The position numbers and the translations under genes were made by a program. DNA of 64,000 nucleotides, from IMG/VR virus record IMGVR_UViG_3300046791_000499, positions 1 through 64,000 of that record. The stretch is one strand, 5' to 3'. Each line of letters opens with the position of its first letter. Within the stretch, counting starts at the first letter, position 1. Positions 62,876 to 64,000 of this stretch are shown in pieces. The notes beneath the pieces were generated by a model. The model saw nothing but the letters and a program-made list of their open reading frames with translations. It made no database searches and was not told the origin of the DNA. Source of the DNA: a virus.

Positions 62876-62913
62876 CCCTGGAATCACGCACGGCCGGCGC
62901 GGTTGGGGTCGGC

Positions 62914-63426
62914 ATGAGCAGCACGACCCTCTACGTGATCGAGAAAGACGGCACCCTCTCCGAGTGGACCGAGTACCGGAACGCACACGGCGTAGCACCG
63001 GCGATCTGGCATTCGCTCGCGGCGAAGTATGTGCCCGGTGTCCGACCGCTCGGGAGCAAGGATTACAGCGGGCGTGACTACCTGGACCGCGAAGTCAGTC
63101 GCGAACTCTACCGGCTGGCCAAGACGCCAGGGACCATGGCTGACTTCGAGCGCCGCGTGTACTGGACCACGCACGATCGCACGGCCGTCTCGATCGAGAA
63201 CCTGCCCTGCTACGCCGATGCCTTCGCCGAATTCGCCCGCGTCTACGGACCCGATCACGAGCGAGTCGGCTACGTCTTCCATCTCGGGCAGATGGCCGAG
63301 GACATGCGCAAGATCTACGACGAGCGAGGGGAGAAGGGCTGGCGCGGCGTCGCGTGGAACCAGACCAGCATCGAATCCACGTGGCATCAGCAAAAGCCAA
63401 CGCCGGAGATGAAACGCCGGAGATGA
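62914..63426 (+). CDS. Hypothetical protein, probably 3'-truncated
   Basis: Ends in a 14-bp tandem duplication just before a transposase remnant. Confidence 0.55.
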   Translation: MSSTTLYVIEKDGTLSEWTEYRNAHGVAPAIWHSLAAKYVPGVRPLGSKDYSGRDYLDREVSRELYRLAKTPGTMADFERRVYWTTHDRTAVSIENLPCYADAFAEFARVYGPDHERVGYVFHLGQMAEDMRKIYDERGEKGWRGVAWNQTSIESTWHQQKPTPEMKRRR

Positions 63427-63431
63427 AACGC
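63399..63431 (+). repeat. 14-bp tandem duplication (aacgccggagatga x2 + aacgc)
   Basis: Direct reading of 63399-63412 and 63413-63426. Confidence 0.9.
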
Positions 63432-63485
63432 GCTGCCGTGAAGGCCAGGTTGCTCACCGCCGTGCCCTCGCTCGACAGTCGCGAC

Positions 63486-63656
63486 AAGTGCTTGGCACGG
63501 ACCGACGCGCCGTGCTTGCGCTTCACCGCGCAGCGCAACGAACTGCTCTGTCGCGTGCTCTGCCACAACCTGTGTGTGCTCGTGACCTCGATGTACGAGC
63601 TCGGCATCGCGGCCGAACTGGGCGGGAAGAAGGACGGGGGCGGCCATGTCCATTGA
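63486..63656 (+). pseudogene. C-terminal remnant of a DDE (IS4/IS5-like) transposase with an internal micro-inversion
   Basis: FTAQRNELLCRVLCHNLCVLVTSMYELGI on +; the preceding KRKHGASVRAKH motif lies on the - strand. Confidence 0.7.
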
Positions 63657-64000
63657 TCGCGGCCACCTTAAAGGTAAGCTCACGGGAGGCGACACCCATG
63701 GGAGCGAAGAAGGAGAAGGTAACGATCACGGTCTACACGTGCGAGCGCTGCGGGGCGCGATGGTGTCCGAGGGATCCGTTCGGCCCGATCCCGGTCAAGC
63801 TCCCGGGGACGTGCGTGCGCTGCAAATCGAGGCTGTGGCAGGAGAAGCCCACCCCGGACGAGTAGCGCGGCGCGACGATCACAAGCGGGTCACGTGCTCG
63901 CACTGCGGTGCGCGGGTGCTGACCCGAGGCAGCGGCGCCATGTGGGGGCACCCGGACGACGCGACCGGCGAAGCATGCCCAGGGTCCAAGACCTGGGACC

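Overview
High-GC (roughly two-thirds G+C by eye), gene-dense segment of a large phage or prophage genome. The likely host is a myxobacterium-like organism, inferred from the Cys-rich lipoprotein, LuxR and sulfotransferase types. The window covers the non-structural region. Replication: an initiator with 22-bp iterons, a DnaC-like loader and DnaB. Recombination: RecE/RecT-like, RuvC-like and an SF2 helicase. Nucleotide metabolism: ThyX, dCMP deaminase-like, MazG-like, PurA-like and NadD-like. It also holds an unusually large set of DNA-modification genes (FolE2 + DpdA, Mom, a C5-MTase, MT-A70 and four other amino-MTases), a stand-alone TerL plus a degenerate TerL paralogue, and a TnpB. No capsid, tail or portal genes, tRNAs or CRISPR arrays were seen. 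The main finding is that three genes (folE2, dpdA, tnpB) are broken by one base-perfect cut-and-paste. An 804-bp block (22779-23582) that belongs at 3663/3664 sits inside tnpB, and a 126-bp copy of the window's first bases sits in the dpdA start. Moving the block back and removing the 126-bp copy restores all three reading frames exactly. Three of the junctions share GCCNNGA(A). The second finding is more than 20 copies of a GGAAT-N17-GGTNNN promoter-like motif whose -10 box ends mostly 6-9 nt before a start codon, consistent with an ECF-sigma-type, leaderless regulon on both strands.
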